Assembly: GCA_054600435.1 (NCBI GenBank) | Contig: BAAIJX010000061.1 | Coordinates: 1 to 64,000, forward strand | Direction of reading: 5' to 3' | Length of the DNA: 64,000 bases | Source: Neophaeotheca triangularis | Lineage: Eukaryota | In this document: piece by piece, positions 23,622 through 34,960 of the stretch | Numbering within the stretch: position 1 is the stretch's first letter | How the letters are laid out: every line of letters starts with the position of its first letter | Translations under genes and position numbers: made by a program | The notes under the pieces: model-generated | The model's database searches: none | What the model was told of the DNA's origin: nothing | Seen by the model: only the letters and a program-made list of their open reading frames with translations

Positions 23622-23627
23622 TATATA
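23622..23627 (-). promoter_or_regulatory. TATA box of the putative micropeptide transcript
   Basis: GTGTATATAGG on the minus strand, followed by a pyrimidine-rich, ATG-free leader of about 300 nt. Confidence 0.5.
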
Positions 23628-25797
23628 CACGTTCGCCAGCGTCTCCTACTCAAGGTTGATTGAGGATAATACACGCTCGCTCCGGTGAAGGATCATGGAT
23701 GACTGTCTCGGCAGTGCAAGGTACCAGGCACCGTTATCCTTACAGAGTAGCTATACCTAGCTATGACTGCAGCAAATGGCAGTAGCGAGCTGCTGCCCTG
23801 TACAGCAGGCGTGCTATACTAAGGATCACTCACCTCGCCGCATACACCCGCCAACGAGTAGCACAGAACGTTGCGTCTTCTAGAAAAGCTGACGCATCTT
23901 GTCGATCTCATGTCATCCTTGGACAAGATATTGTCCTGCTCAAGCGGCCAGGGACGAGCGAATAGAACCTGGAAGCGAAGAGGTAAATGGACTTGGAGAC
24001 AACGAGGGAAGCATGTCGTCTGTCAGCATGCAGCCCTAGCGGAGGAAAGAGCTGGGAGCGGTTAGCGTGATTCTATTCATAGTCGGTTGCTAGCTGTTTT
24101 GGGCGAGCAGCAACGACCTCCCTTCTACTTTGGGCTGCGAACAATTACGCCAACTTGACTTCTCCTACTCTACGTCGGAAGCAAACTCAAGGCATGCATA
24201 TGCACCTCGCTGTCGAGATATAACTGTCATCGACTGCGCATCCATATCTGGGACAGCTTCTCGTAGCAGGCCCGTCACAGCGCTGGTAGTTCCCCTCCGC
24301 CTAGCAACTAGTAGGTAGCAGTACGGCTGAAAACCGATTGTGACGAAGCACATGCGCCTGAAGAAGAGTTAAGAAGAAGTCAGAAGAAAGCTCGCATAGC
24401 CTCCGGTCATACAGGCCGTCACGCTACTACTGCAGCCCTATGCACCACCGCTATGGTTCTGGAAACGTCAGAAACATGGGAGTCATCGAACACTCCTACC
24501 TAGTACCTGGCCATACGAATGCGGTACCGCACCCTCACCCAATCTTCTGCATACTCATCCCGACGTACCTGCATCCGGAGACGCCTGAAGCTGCTTTCTT
24601 CGTGCTTAAAGTCTTAGTAAGATGCGATGTATGACTCCCAAGTCGTCCACAAAACCATGACCACCTCTTTACATCCTCAGCTCAAATACTCGCCTGCGAT
24701 GCAACCCAACCCACACCTGAGAGCGATTACGACAATCGAAAAGTCTCGGTGACACTTCACAACATAGATATCCAACACTAAGCCTCGCGTCATCTGTACG
24801 AAACTCCCACGCATTACCTAATCCCTAGAGGAGGAATAAGAGGAAATTCCCAAACAACTCATTGATGACCAACTCAGCGCACTCAACCACTCACTCAACA
24901 CAAACACACCACCATGCATTTCCTCCGCCATCCCAATAGCAAAACCGAACAAGCAAATCGCCTGCTTACCCAAACACCGCCACTACCATCAGCTGCCATC
25001 ATGTCATGCAGGTACACTGTACCATCGTGCTAGCAAGAGTGTCGTGCAGTCCCACCCAGTCGATCGGGTAGCATCGGTACTACGGCACTGCCGACGAAGG
25101 ATCGGGGTCCTTTGGAGGTGTCAGCTCGCTGGCTAGGCCCGGATGACTAAAGCATTTAGTGGTAGCTGAGTTTTGCGACGTACCGGTGGGCGCTCGAGGC
25201 CCTATCAGTATCTTTGCGTAGGGTGAGTGGCGTCGATAGCTGGCGCAAGTTGCGGTGGTTCTGTAGTGAGGTCTTCATGGGGTAGCATGTCTCGTGAGCC
25301 CAGGAGCTGACGTAGAAAGATTCGATACCACTGTAGACTCTATACGATTGTAGGATGATTCGGAAGCTTTTCAGGCCACTCATCTCACGCTCTCGTAAAG
25401 GAATCACACCTGCTGACCCCGATTCGTTCAGATAAGACTGAAAATACAAAGCTATCGATCACTCATAGGATATTGTCAACCCCTTCGATTCAAGACAGGG
25501 CGAGAAAAAGAATAGGCACGCTCTTACTCTCAAAACCAAAAAGCAGAACAAAAACATACTAGTGGTATCATCGCACCCCCAGCCATGCCCATACCCATGC
25601 CCATCGCCATGCCAATGTCAAAGCATGCAAAACCCGAAACCCAATCTCGAGAGAGCAAAAGCAATCTTGAGACACCGCAGAAACGCCCCCCAATGCACAT
25701 TACCGACCCGCGAAAACTCTTTTCTCGATCTCTCTTCGAAATCACCAAAAAACCCACCTCTTCCACAACAGGCCCCCTCTTCCACCAAAAGGCCCCC

Positions 25798-28569
25798 TCA
25801 CTCACCCGCATCAGCACCGCCAACGCACCCCTCGCACTTCCACCCCCAAAACCTGCGCTCGAGACCTACGCACGCAAGGTGGAAGACCCGGCGCTTGCAA
25901 GCTCGCGACTCGCACTCAATGGTGCCGCGTCTCTCGTTAACCGCGGGGCGGTTGCAAACGCAGAGGCCGTCATCGGAAAGCTCTGTCGCTGGGGAAGGGT
26001 CTTGAAATTTCCCGAGATCGGAAGAGGGGGTGGGGAGGTTGTCTCTGGAATTGTCATGGTGGGAGTGGGAGGGAAGCGCAGAATAGGGGGTGTTGTTTAG
26101 GTTTTCGTTGGGAATGGGGTCGAGGGTCGTTGTCGAGGCCGCTGAGAGGCGAGTGCGGTTGATTGCGCTGGGTCGCTCGCGGTCCTGTCGTTTTTGGCCG
26201 CGGGGTGTATCTGGCAGTTCGACAAAACCCCTCTCGGCGTCCCATCTGCGGCGGGTGCGGGAAGAGGAGAGACGGCTGCTAGCTGGGCTGTCGGAGCGGG
26301 AGGTGCTGTCGAGAGCGTTTTTTCCGTCGGCCTCTTCTGCACCGACTTCTGGAGACTTGGTGCGCTGTTTCTTCTTCGCCTTTAGAAGGGCGGCTTCCAC
26401 GCTACGGGGCACTTCGCCGCTAGCTGCACGCTTGTGAGCTAGAGCTTCTGAAGCAGCGCGACCCTCGAATGGCAGCTTGCCGATGCCATTGGGTGTAACC
26501 GTTCCTTGTTTCGAAGTACGCCGATGATTTGCCGCTCTATCGGGTCGACCATTCGCAGCGGCTGCTTCTTGCACTAATGAAGGCCGGCCGTCACCGTCTT
26601 GGACGCCATCAACACCCGGAGGCCCAGCGAGCAATTGGTTACAATAGCCAATCGTAGCCTCGTCCACAATGCCATGCCTCCCCAACAACTCCATTTTCAA
26701 GTCGAATTGGTGCCTCCATTCCCTATGCAGCAGCTCCGTCCGGAACTTCCGACAAAACCTGACAAACGCATCGCGAGCCAGAACGTTCGAAGCCGTCTGC
26801 TCAAAGCCCAAATGCTGGTTGAAAGCACGATGAAAGTCCAGACCCGCTTTCGACATGTCCACGACCGCGAGTTCGCTGTGATGGCTTTGTTCTAGCCAAG
26901 CTTCGTCAACTTCTTCGTCGCTCTCGCTGAGCTCTTCGCCGGGCTCAGCGATGCGCTTGGAAGTCGTGCGGTAGAAGCGAACGTCTGGAAGGTTGGGAAC
27001 TTTATGTCGCCGTTTTGCGTCTCTAGTTAATTTGGGTAGGTTTGGAACTTGCGTGGGGTCTTTGTGTTCGCGGTCTCGGACGACTATAGGCTTCTTCTCT
27101 TCTATTCGTCGCATGTTGGTCGAGGATGTTCGGGTCAGCAATTCCTTGGGCAGTCGTCCTCGTCTGGCAGACTGTCTTGTGCGAGTCTGCGTGTGCCCTG
27201 TCCATGTGTCCTCACCTTTAATATACGCCGCTTCATCGAAAGGCCGGTCTGTCGGAGCAATCCACGAGAACTCTAGCTCGGGTGTTGGCGATTCGGAAAG
27301 TCTTTCTATAAGACTGAACGTGATGGTCCTGCTTTCCGCCACAGACTTCGCCTTTGTGCCCTCTCTAACCTCGCATCGGAAATGGCTGTGGTTCACACTG
27401 TAGTGCATCAAGAGTCGTTCAAAGGAAGTGTGTACGATCCCGTCGCCACAAATGACGCATTCCAGGCCATCCCTGGTCATACTGCGCGTGACATCTCCTT
27501 CATTAAAGAGGTATGTAATGCGCACAGTACGCGAGCCTTCAGATTGTGCCAAAGAATCCGGCGTAGGCATCTGGGCGGTCGCACTCTGAAGTTGTCTGTT
27601 GTACCTAGCCAACGGGGAATCCCGTCGCTTTGCCCAGCCCATACTAACTCGTAGACCATAGCCCACGAGTGCTCGGGGTTGGCCATGCCGTTTCAATTCC
27701 AGCAAATCACTCTCCTCTGGACAGGTTGGTAGATTGTCCCAATAAGCGTGTAGAATCGGTGGTGGTGCGTCTCCCCTGTCGTCATCAAGACTCTTGCTTT
27801 CCATGAAATTCAAGATTTGATCGCCATTCTGCGAATCCAGGCATTGCAGGATAATGACCATGCGATAGTCATCCAACACCGTGCTTTCAAAAATTCGCTG
27901 TCCGTTTTTGCGGTGCTCGTTGGTCACCTTGAGCTTGCTGATGTCCACAAAGAAGGGACTTTCAAGCTCTATCGACAAGAAATCGCGGTTTGATTTGCCA
28001 ACAACCACGCCATCGCGAGAAGACTGATAGAGATTCGTCTTCTCTTGAGTCGCCCTGACAATGACATCGACGCGACAGAGGGCTCTGATCGTAATACGTG
28101 GATCAGGCAGAAAAGCATCGAGCTCTTGGTGCTCTCTAAAGATCTTGTCAGCTAAGACAGCATCACGTGACCATCTCCAGCCAAATACTTCCTTCATAAC
28201 ATACCCTATATCATCCCCAAGCCCCTGAATCTCCTTCGCGAAAGGGCTAATCCGTAATCCATCCACTTTCAGCGCCGGTTTCTGGCCCTTTGTAAGATTC
28301 TTCAGCATCTCGAGAGAGGGATACTGCAAATTAGACTGATTACGATTGGGCCTCGTAACGAGCGCATCTGAAAGCAAGAACAACACACCCTCACTCCCGC
28401 TCGCACTCTGTCGCTGTCTCAGTTCGGCAAGCAGTCGTGAATGCCAGTCCAAAGCGCTATTGACGTTGCGCCGTAGAAAGGTAGGTTGTGCCTGGCGCCG
28501 CTTTGCGAGGTGTCGGTCCAGGCTCACGTTGGCCACAAATTTCCTATGAGCGGCTGATGACTCTACCAT
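25798..28569 (-). CDS. SUZ12: PRC2 subunit Suz12-like protein (C2H2 finger + VEFS box) with a C-terminal PHD finger
   Basis: 923-aa ORF with zinc finger CVICG...FERLLMHYSVNH, VEFS-box start RFYRTTSKR...ELSESDEEVDEAWL, and a C4HC3 PHD at the C-terminus. Confidence 0.8.
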   Translation of the reverse strand: MVESSAAHRKFVANVSLDRHLAKRRQAQPTFLRRNVNSALDWHSRLLAELRQRQSASGSEGVLFLLSDALVTRPNRNQSNLQYPSLEMLKNLTKGQKPALKVDGLRISPFAKEIQGLGDDIGYVMKEVFGWRWSRDAVLADKIFREHQELDAFLPDPRITIRALCRVDVIVRATQEKTNLYQSSRDGVVVGKSNRDFLSIELESPFFVDISKLKVTNEHRKNGQRIFESTVLDDYRMVIILQCLDSQNGDQILNFMESKSLDDDRGDAPPPILHAYWDNLPTCPEESDLLELKRHGQPRALVGYGLRVSMGWAKRRDSPLARYNRQLQSATAQMPTPDSLAQSEGSRTVRITYLFNEGDVTRSMTRDGLECVICGDGIVHTSFERLLMHYSVNHSHFRCEVREGTKAKSVAESRTITFSLIERLSESPTPELEFSWIAPTDRPFDEAAYIKGEDTWTGHTQTRTRQSARRGRLPKELLTRTSSTNMRRIEEKKPIVVRDREHKDPTQVPNLPKLTRDAKRRHKVPNLPDVRFYRTTSKRIAEPGEELSESDEEVDEAWLEQSHHSELAVVDMSKAGLDFHRAFNQHLGFEQTASNVLARDAFVRFCRKFRTELLHREWRHQFDLKMELLGRHGIVDEATIGYCNQLLAGPPGVDGVQDGDGRPSLVQEAAAANGRPDRAANHRRTSKQGTVTPNGIGKLPFEGRAASEALAHKRAASGEVPRSVEAALLKAKKKQRTKSPEVGAEEADGKNALDSTSRSDSPASSRLSSSRTRRRWDAERGFVELPDTPRGQKRQDRERPSAINRTRLSAASTTTLDPIPNENLNNTPYSALPSHSHHDNSRDNLPTPSSDLGKFQDPSPATELSDDGLCVCNRPAVNERRGTIECESRACKRRVFHLACVGLERRFWGWKCEGCVGGADAGE

Positions 28570-29694
28570 CGTTGAAGCCGTGCATTGGGAAGTTGGTGGT
28601 ACTTTGAGAGTGGAAGCTGGAAGGGGTTGTTGGTGAGGGGATTCTCATTGTTTTAGGAGGGTGAGGCCATTTGTGTGGGCGATTGGAGGGGTTAATTCCG
28701 CGAGACGATGAGAGACTCCAGGTCGCTGATCCAGTGGGCTTTGTGTTGAGACGGGTACTGGCAGCTTGCAGACGCGTCGAGCCTTAGGGTAGATTGACGC
28801 GCGAATTTCAGGTGCTGGCTTTCTACTTGTTGCCGTATCGGGAAGGTATAGCTCGGGAAGTGGCAGTTGACCCTCTACAAGGCTGGGTGGAGGAATTTGA
28901 GCATGTGGAGTTGGCTTAGCAGCGTCTTTCCCAGAAGTTATAGTCCATTGATCAGGTAGCTGTTGTCTGTATTGTTTGTAATCTAGAAGCGCAGTAGAAA
29001 GAATATCTTGAAGTCGAGCTTTCGAGAGGAGCGCGTTAAGATCCAGTCCAGGTGGCCAATCAGAAGCGTCCTAGTGAACCCACTTTCATCAGACCTAGCA
29101 TTCTACCTAACGGTTCTACTTCTATCACTTGACAGAGATATCTTACTAGAAGAACATTTGATAGCACGAGTAGTCTAGAGTGAGTAACCGGACAATGTAG
29201 ACGAGGAGATAGTACAAGAATAGATCTCGCCTTGTGAACAGGGTCTATACCTAGGTAGCCTCTCCATCCAAGCGAGCTCTAAGACGAGTGTCATAACGCA
29301 ATACATACAACATTGCTTAAAAACACCCGAAACAGAAGATAACTTATACCAAAAGAACAAATCACCAACTGAAAAGCACTCCTCGTGGAGAATCCACATC
29401 ATTCGATTACCGCAGTATACCATACTATACGCTCTTAACCCTCCTAGCACCAGAAACGCCACGGCTATGGAACGAGAGAGAAGAGGAAAAAGAGTTCAAC
29501 ATCCTCTCTCAGCCTGTCGAAGAAAACCTGCCAAGCCCCGCAATCAACTGCACAAAAGTTTCCGGCACTACCCAGAAATTCACGACAACTTTCGCGTAAG
29601 AAAAAAGGGGGTAGGAAGCATGAGCTTTACACGCCCGTATAGTTTACCAGCTGACACCTCCCTTTTCCCTGCTTCGCGAAGGGCAGGCAGCCTT

Positions 29695-30766
29695 TTAACA
29701 GCAGCCGCCCGCGCTGCCGGACTGCACGCCCTGGCCCTGCCCAACTTGCACTGTGGGCTTGTTGTTGACGGTGGTGTTACCCATGCGCTCTTTGATCTGG
29801 CGCGCCATGGTCAGGAAGGCTTGTTCGACGTTGCTGGCGTTCTTGGCCGACGTCTCGAGGAAGGGGATGCCTAGGCTGTCGGCGAATTCCTACGATCGGG
29901 TGAGTATACGTTAGCTTCTTGTTCTGGGATAACAACCTAGGGCTGTTAGGTTGGAGACACTGACCTTCGCGACTGTGTACTCCACGACCTTCTTGTCCGT
30001 CATGTCGCTCTTGTTGCCGACGAGCAGCTTGTTGACGCCCTCGGTCGCGTAGCGGTCGATCTCTTGCAGCCACTGCTTGACGTTGTTGAAGGAGTCCATA
30101 TCAGTGACATCGTAGACGACGCAGATGCCGTGAGCGCCGCGGTAGTAGGAGGAAGTGATGGTACGGAAACGCTCTTGTCCAGCCGTGTCCCACTGTAGAA
30201 GAAAGTTAGCAATCTAATCCCCACTATGAATGCTGTTCTTCTCTTTAAAGCATGATAAGGACCTACAATCTGCAGCTTCACCGTCTTCCCATCCAACTCA
30301 ATTGTCCTGATCTTGAAATCAACGCCGATGGTAGAGATGTAGCTCTCAGTGTAGGTGTCGTCGGCGAATCGGAGAAGGAGACATGACTTTCCCACACCCG
30401 AGTCTCCGATTAGCAGCAGCTTGAAGAGGTAGTCGTATCTGGGAGTGCGTGTTAGGTTCGGGTTGTCCAAGTCCCACGCGCCAAAGCCTGGCTTGGAGTC
30501 TTGCTGTGTCTGAACCTGTTGTTGCTGGGGTTGCTGGCGCGGCACTTGCTTGCGAGGAGGTGCTGTCGACATGTTCGCGCCTTGGTTTGGGGTCGTGGGT
30601 TTAGGGAGTTGGGTGGATAGGGAGTTCGCTGCGCGATGGTTTGGGTTGAAGGTAGGGATGAGGTTGCACAGGTAAGACTCTATAGGTGAGAATGCGTCAG
30701 TAGGCTGCAATCATACAATTATTTGCTTGCGCGAGACAGGGTTGCGACTTACTACTCGGGATTCAT
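29695..30766 (-). CDS. YPT1: Rab1/Ypt1 small GTPase, 201 aa; exons 30766-30756, 30438-30267, 30192-29965, 29889-29695
   Basis: [25 protein letters not shown]...[22 protein letters not shown]...GNKSD...ETSAK...GGCC prenylation end; exon lengths sum to 606 nt. Confidence 0.97.
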
Positions 30767-31028
30767 CTTTGGGGTGGTTTTGCTTTGTTTCTGGGATAGG
30801 GTTCTGTGTTGCCGGATGCGCAGGCTGTGTTTTCCGAGTGTTCGGTGAGGGTGGGCTTTCTGGGTTGGAGGATGTTAACAGAGAGAGAGTGTATTCGGTA
30901 GAAGAGGCGGACTGGGGACGGGGTAAGTTAGTCTGGTGATAACACAGGCTCCAGGTGATCTCGACGTCGATGAAGCAGCGGCAACGCCATGGCCGGCGCA
31001 GCCCAAGCTCGGACGCCTTTGAGCTTGA

Positions 31029-31036
31029 GTCACGTG
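31029..31036. promoter_or_regulatory. GTCACGTG E-box (Cbf1-type site) upstream of YPT1
   Basis: Exact CDEI-like motif about 265 bp upstream of the ATG. Confidence 0.35.
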
Positions 31037-31366
31037 CATCCATTGAGTGAGACAGCTTCGTTTCTGACGAGTGTTTCATTCCAGATTTCAGATTTCAAGC
31101 ATCGAGCAAAATGTCTCCATTGAACAATGACTACACGTGTTTGTTTGACTAGATCACTACGTCAGAGATTACCACGCACACAGAGAATCGTTCGTTGTCT
31201 GTCTAGGAAAATATGAGCTATCCAGGAGGGCGAGTGCCCGAACGCCTTTTCCAATCCGCATAATCGTTGGCAAATATGAACAACGAAATCGTAACAATCA
31301 ACAAGCGAAGATGTCTTCGCACGCTCATGCTCACCCTCATTGAACCTCCCTTACCCTCTTCCTATC

Positions 31367-32719
31367 TCACCTCCAGGCTGGGTTAGCCGGCGGCGCACTA
31401 GATTCATACCCTCCACCAAAACCCTGCTGCCCTCCATAACCTCCATGCGACCCTTGAGGCTGGTATCCACCTTGTTGCTGCCCGTAATGCTGCGCAGGCG
31501 GCGTCGAATACTGACCTTGTGGCTGCTGTCCATTACCGCCGAAAGCGCCGTACTGGGAAGGATCATAAGCACCAGCGCTAGGTTGCTGGGGCTGGGCGTA
31601 CGCGGCACCGTGTTGCTGCGATGCTTGACCATATCCACCCGGTTGTCCCTGTTGTACGCTTTGTGGGGCGCCATATCCTCCTGGCGGACCGCCGTGCTGG
31701 CTGGGGGGCTGTTGAGCATAGGTTTGCGTCCCGTAGGTGGGCTGTTGGCCAGGAGTGTTGTAGCCGAATTGCTGTCCAGGAGTACCGCTTTGCGAATGTG
31801 TGGGTTGATATGTCGGGGCGGACCCAGTGTAGGTCCCGCCGGTGCTGTCGCTCGACGAGTATCCGTACCCGCTTTGCTGTTGCTGACCGTGGTGGCTGCC
31901 CATGAAATTGCCAAACATGCCCCCCATGCCAGAACCGTGGCTTTGCCCTTGTGTTTGTGCATGGGGTTTGTTGCCGCCTAGGAAGCCACTCGCCAGAGAT
32001 CCTACCAGACCCCCACTCCCGCCACTGTGAGCTTGTTGTTGCTGCTGCTGCTGCTGCTGTTGTTGGTGCCCTCCACCGCCCAAGAACGAGGACGCAAACC
32101 CCGCGAGTCCACCGTGTTGTCCGCCATGAGGTTTATTACCACCCATAGCCATGTGCATCATATCGCTCTGCCGCTTGTATTAGTCGCTTTCTTCCCTAGA
32201 CACGCTGTCCATAATTCGCGACGTACTCCAAACCCCCTATCACTGCCCTGACCATCCGGCGCATAAGTCATGCTACCATCATTCCTCTGCTCCAAACCAC
32301 GACTCCCAGGCGCCGGATACGGGTTCTCAAGGTTTGCAGGTGTGCCACCGGGCGTAGGCACTTGCGGCGCAGGCGTTGTCGGCACGTCCCATGTTGACTC
32401 GCCTGTGCTGATCTGGACGTAATAATATTTTCTCGATCTAAGTTGGCGGGAGTCAGTTCCAGTGCTTGCGGGAGGTGCAGTCGATGGGCTGGATGGGGAT
32501 CTCGCGAGAGTATTCGAAAAAGCATAGAGGGCTGCGGATTAGTCCACTCACTTTGCGTCCCATTGTGCGGTCCTTCAGAGCGCGAACCCGACTACGTCAG
32601 TGTCCTGGCATAGGTACCTGGGGATGAGCAACGTTGGAGGGAGTAGGGACCCACCATCCGGGAGGGAGGGACGGCGGCGATTCGTTTGGGCCGGCGTCTG
32701 GTGTTGTTGGTTCTGCCAT
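31367..32719 (-). CDS. WW-domain protein with a G/Q/Y-rich low-complexity region (Wwm1-like); exons 32719-32655, 32572-32552, 32437-32227, 32167-31367
   Basis: Splicing gives the WW domain LPPGW-TAQWDAK-SRKYYYVQISTGESTWDVP; three introns restore the frame into the 264-aa ORF. Confidence 0.85.
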
Positions 32720-33340
32720 TGCGCTTACTGTAGGTTGGTGAGGTTTGGCAGATGTGTGAGAGAGGCTTTGTAAGAAGAGACGGGGAGACAGAGGGTATAT
32801 GAAAGCGTGGTAAGAAAGTCTGGGTTGATAGGTGTCGTGGAGGTGCTTCCCAAAAGAAGTCAATACATGCTCCCCAGCAAGTTGTAGTTACGGCTAGGAC
32901 AGAAATGAGTCGCTAGCTCGAAATATAACTTCTCCGAACCCGAACAATACCAGCTCCTATACGTACAGTACTGAGCCGTGGTCGTCTGATGGATTGTTCC
33001 AGACGCACCAGCTACTTCGACCGAAAAGGCGCGAGCGGGCTGTGGCTGTGTGCATCAAGCGAGCTGCATCCCGCGAGAGAGGGTTGTGAAGAGAACTGAA
33101 CGATGGCCTAACTCGAAGATGAGTGTGTTAAACTGATTACGAAAGACAGTAGTAGTAGTTTCAGAGAGAAGCCTATCGAGAGTAGGTAGACGTTGCAAGT
33201 AATGCTGCTACCAGCATCTGTACATGCAAGCCTTCGCGTGAATGTGGCGTGGATACCACCAAAAAGACATTTTCTCTCCCACCAACAACAGAACCAGCGC
33301 CATCAGCACCCAGCTAGCAGCTGCATCCATTCCCGAGCAT

Positions 33341-34960
33341 CTAGTACTCAGCCTCAACGCCATCATCACCCTCAGCAGAGTCAGCAGCGACCTCCTCGTA
33401 GTCGCGCTCGAGCGCAGCCAAGTCCTCGCGGGCCTCGCTGAATTCGCCCTCTTCCATACCTTCGCCGACGTACCAGTGGACGAAGGCGCGCTTGCTGTAC
33501 ATGAGATCGAACTTGTGGGAGAGAGCGGACCAGGCATCGGCAATGGCGGTGGTGTTGGAAAGCATGCAGACGGCGCGGTTGACCTTGGCGAGGTCGCCGT
33601 TGGGGACGTTCTCCGGGGGTTGGTAGCAGATACCGATCTTGAAACCAGTAGGGCACCAGTCGACAAACTGGATGGTGCGCTTGGTCTTGAGGTTCGCAAC
33701 GGCCTGGTGGACATCGTTGGGAACGACGTCGCCGCGGTAGAGCAGACAGGTGGCCATGTACTTGCCGGTGCGGGGGTCGCACTTGACCATCTGGTTGTTG
33801 GGCTCGAAGCAAGACATGCTGATCTCCTGAACCGAGTTGGCCTCGTGGGCAGCCTTGGCCGCGGAGACGATGGGCGAGTAGGCGACGAGGGGGAAGTGGA
33901 TACGGGGGTAGGGGACCAAGTTGGTCTGGAACTCGTTCAGGTCGACGTTGAGGGAGCCGTCGAAGCGGAGAGAAGCGGTGATGGAGGAAACAACCTGGGC
34001 GATCAAACGGTTCAGGTTCTCGTAGTTGGGGCGCTCGATGCCAAGGTTGCGGCGGCAGATGTCGTAGATGGCCTCGTTGTCGACCATGAAGGAGCAGTCG
34101 GAGTGCTCAAGGGTGGTGTGGGTGGTGAGGATGGAGTTGTAAGGCTCAACCACGGAGGTTGCAACCTGGGGTGCCGGGTAGACGCAGAACTCCAACTTGC
34201 TCTTCTTGCCGTAGTCCACCGACAGACGCTCCATCAGGAGAGCACCGAAACCAGAGCCAGTACCACCGCCGAAGGAGTGGAAGACAAGGAAACCTTGCAG
34301 TCCAGAGCAGTTGTCCGCCACACGCCTGACCTTGTCCAACACCTGGTCAATCAACTCCTTGCCGACTGTGTAGTGGCCACGGGCGTAGTTGTTGGAAGCA
34401 TCCTCCTTGCCGGTGATCATGTGCTCAGGGTGGAAGAGGGAGCGGTAAGGACCAGTGCGGACCTCATCGACGACATTGGGTTCGAGATCGCAGTAGATGG
34501 TGCGCGGCACGTACTTGCCCTGACCTGTTTCATGCCGTGTTAGTATGGTAAATACCACGAGTTAGCTGAGCTGGCTGCTGCGCTTACCAGTTTCGGCAAA
34601 GAAGGTAGAGAATCCATGGTCGTCGGCCTCAGCCTTGCGGTCATCGGTGAGGAAACCATCGGGCTGGATGCCGTGCTCGAGGCAGTAGAGCTACAATGTC
34701 AACAAGTCAGTGATTAGTTCGTAAGCGGCTGTATTCCGTCGACTGTATCCAGCCAATGCTGTAGACAGATTGCGTCTTGGTATAGGGCGTATTCTTACCT
34801 CCCAGCAGCTGTTGGCGATTTGGCAACCGGCCTGGCCGACTATACGCGTCTAGTGTCAGCAAAGGCTCGAATAGCATTGTACCAGCCCAGCCAGTTCTGG
34901 CGGTCAGGGCGCGTTGGGACTGGAGTCAAACATACCGTTCAAGCTAATGACTTCGCGCAT
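33341..34960 (-). CDS. TUB1: Alpha-tubulin; exons 34960-34936, 34839-34799, 34690-34588, 34524-33341
   Basis: [34 protein letters not shown]...GGGTGSG...[11 protein letters not shown]...VEAEY. Confidence 0.98.

Noticed and set aside
33242..34543. 433-aa antisense ORF over alpha-tubulin
   Set aside because: Mirror-frame ORF expected from the strong codon bias of a highly expressed gene; no recognisable domain.
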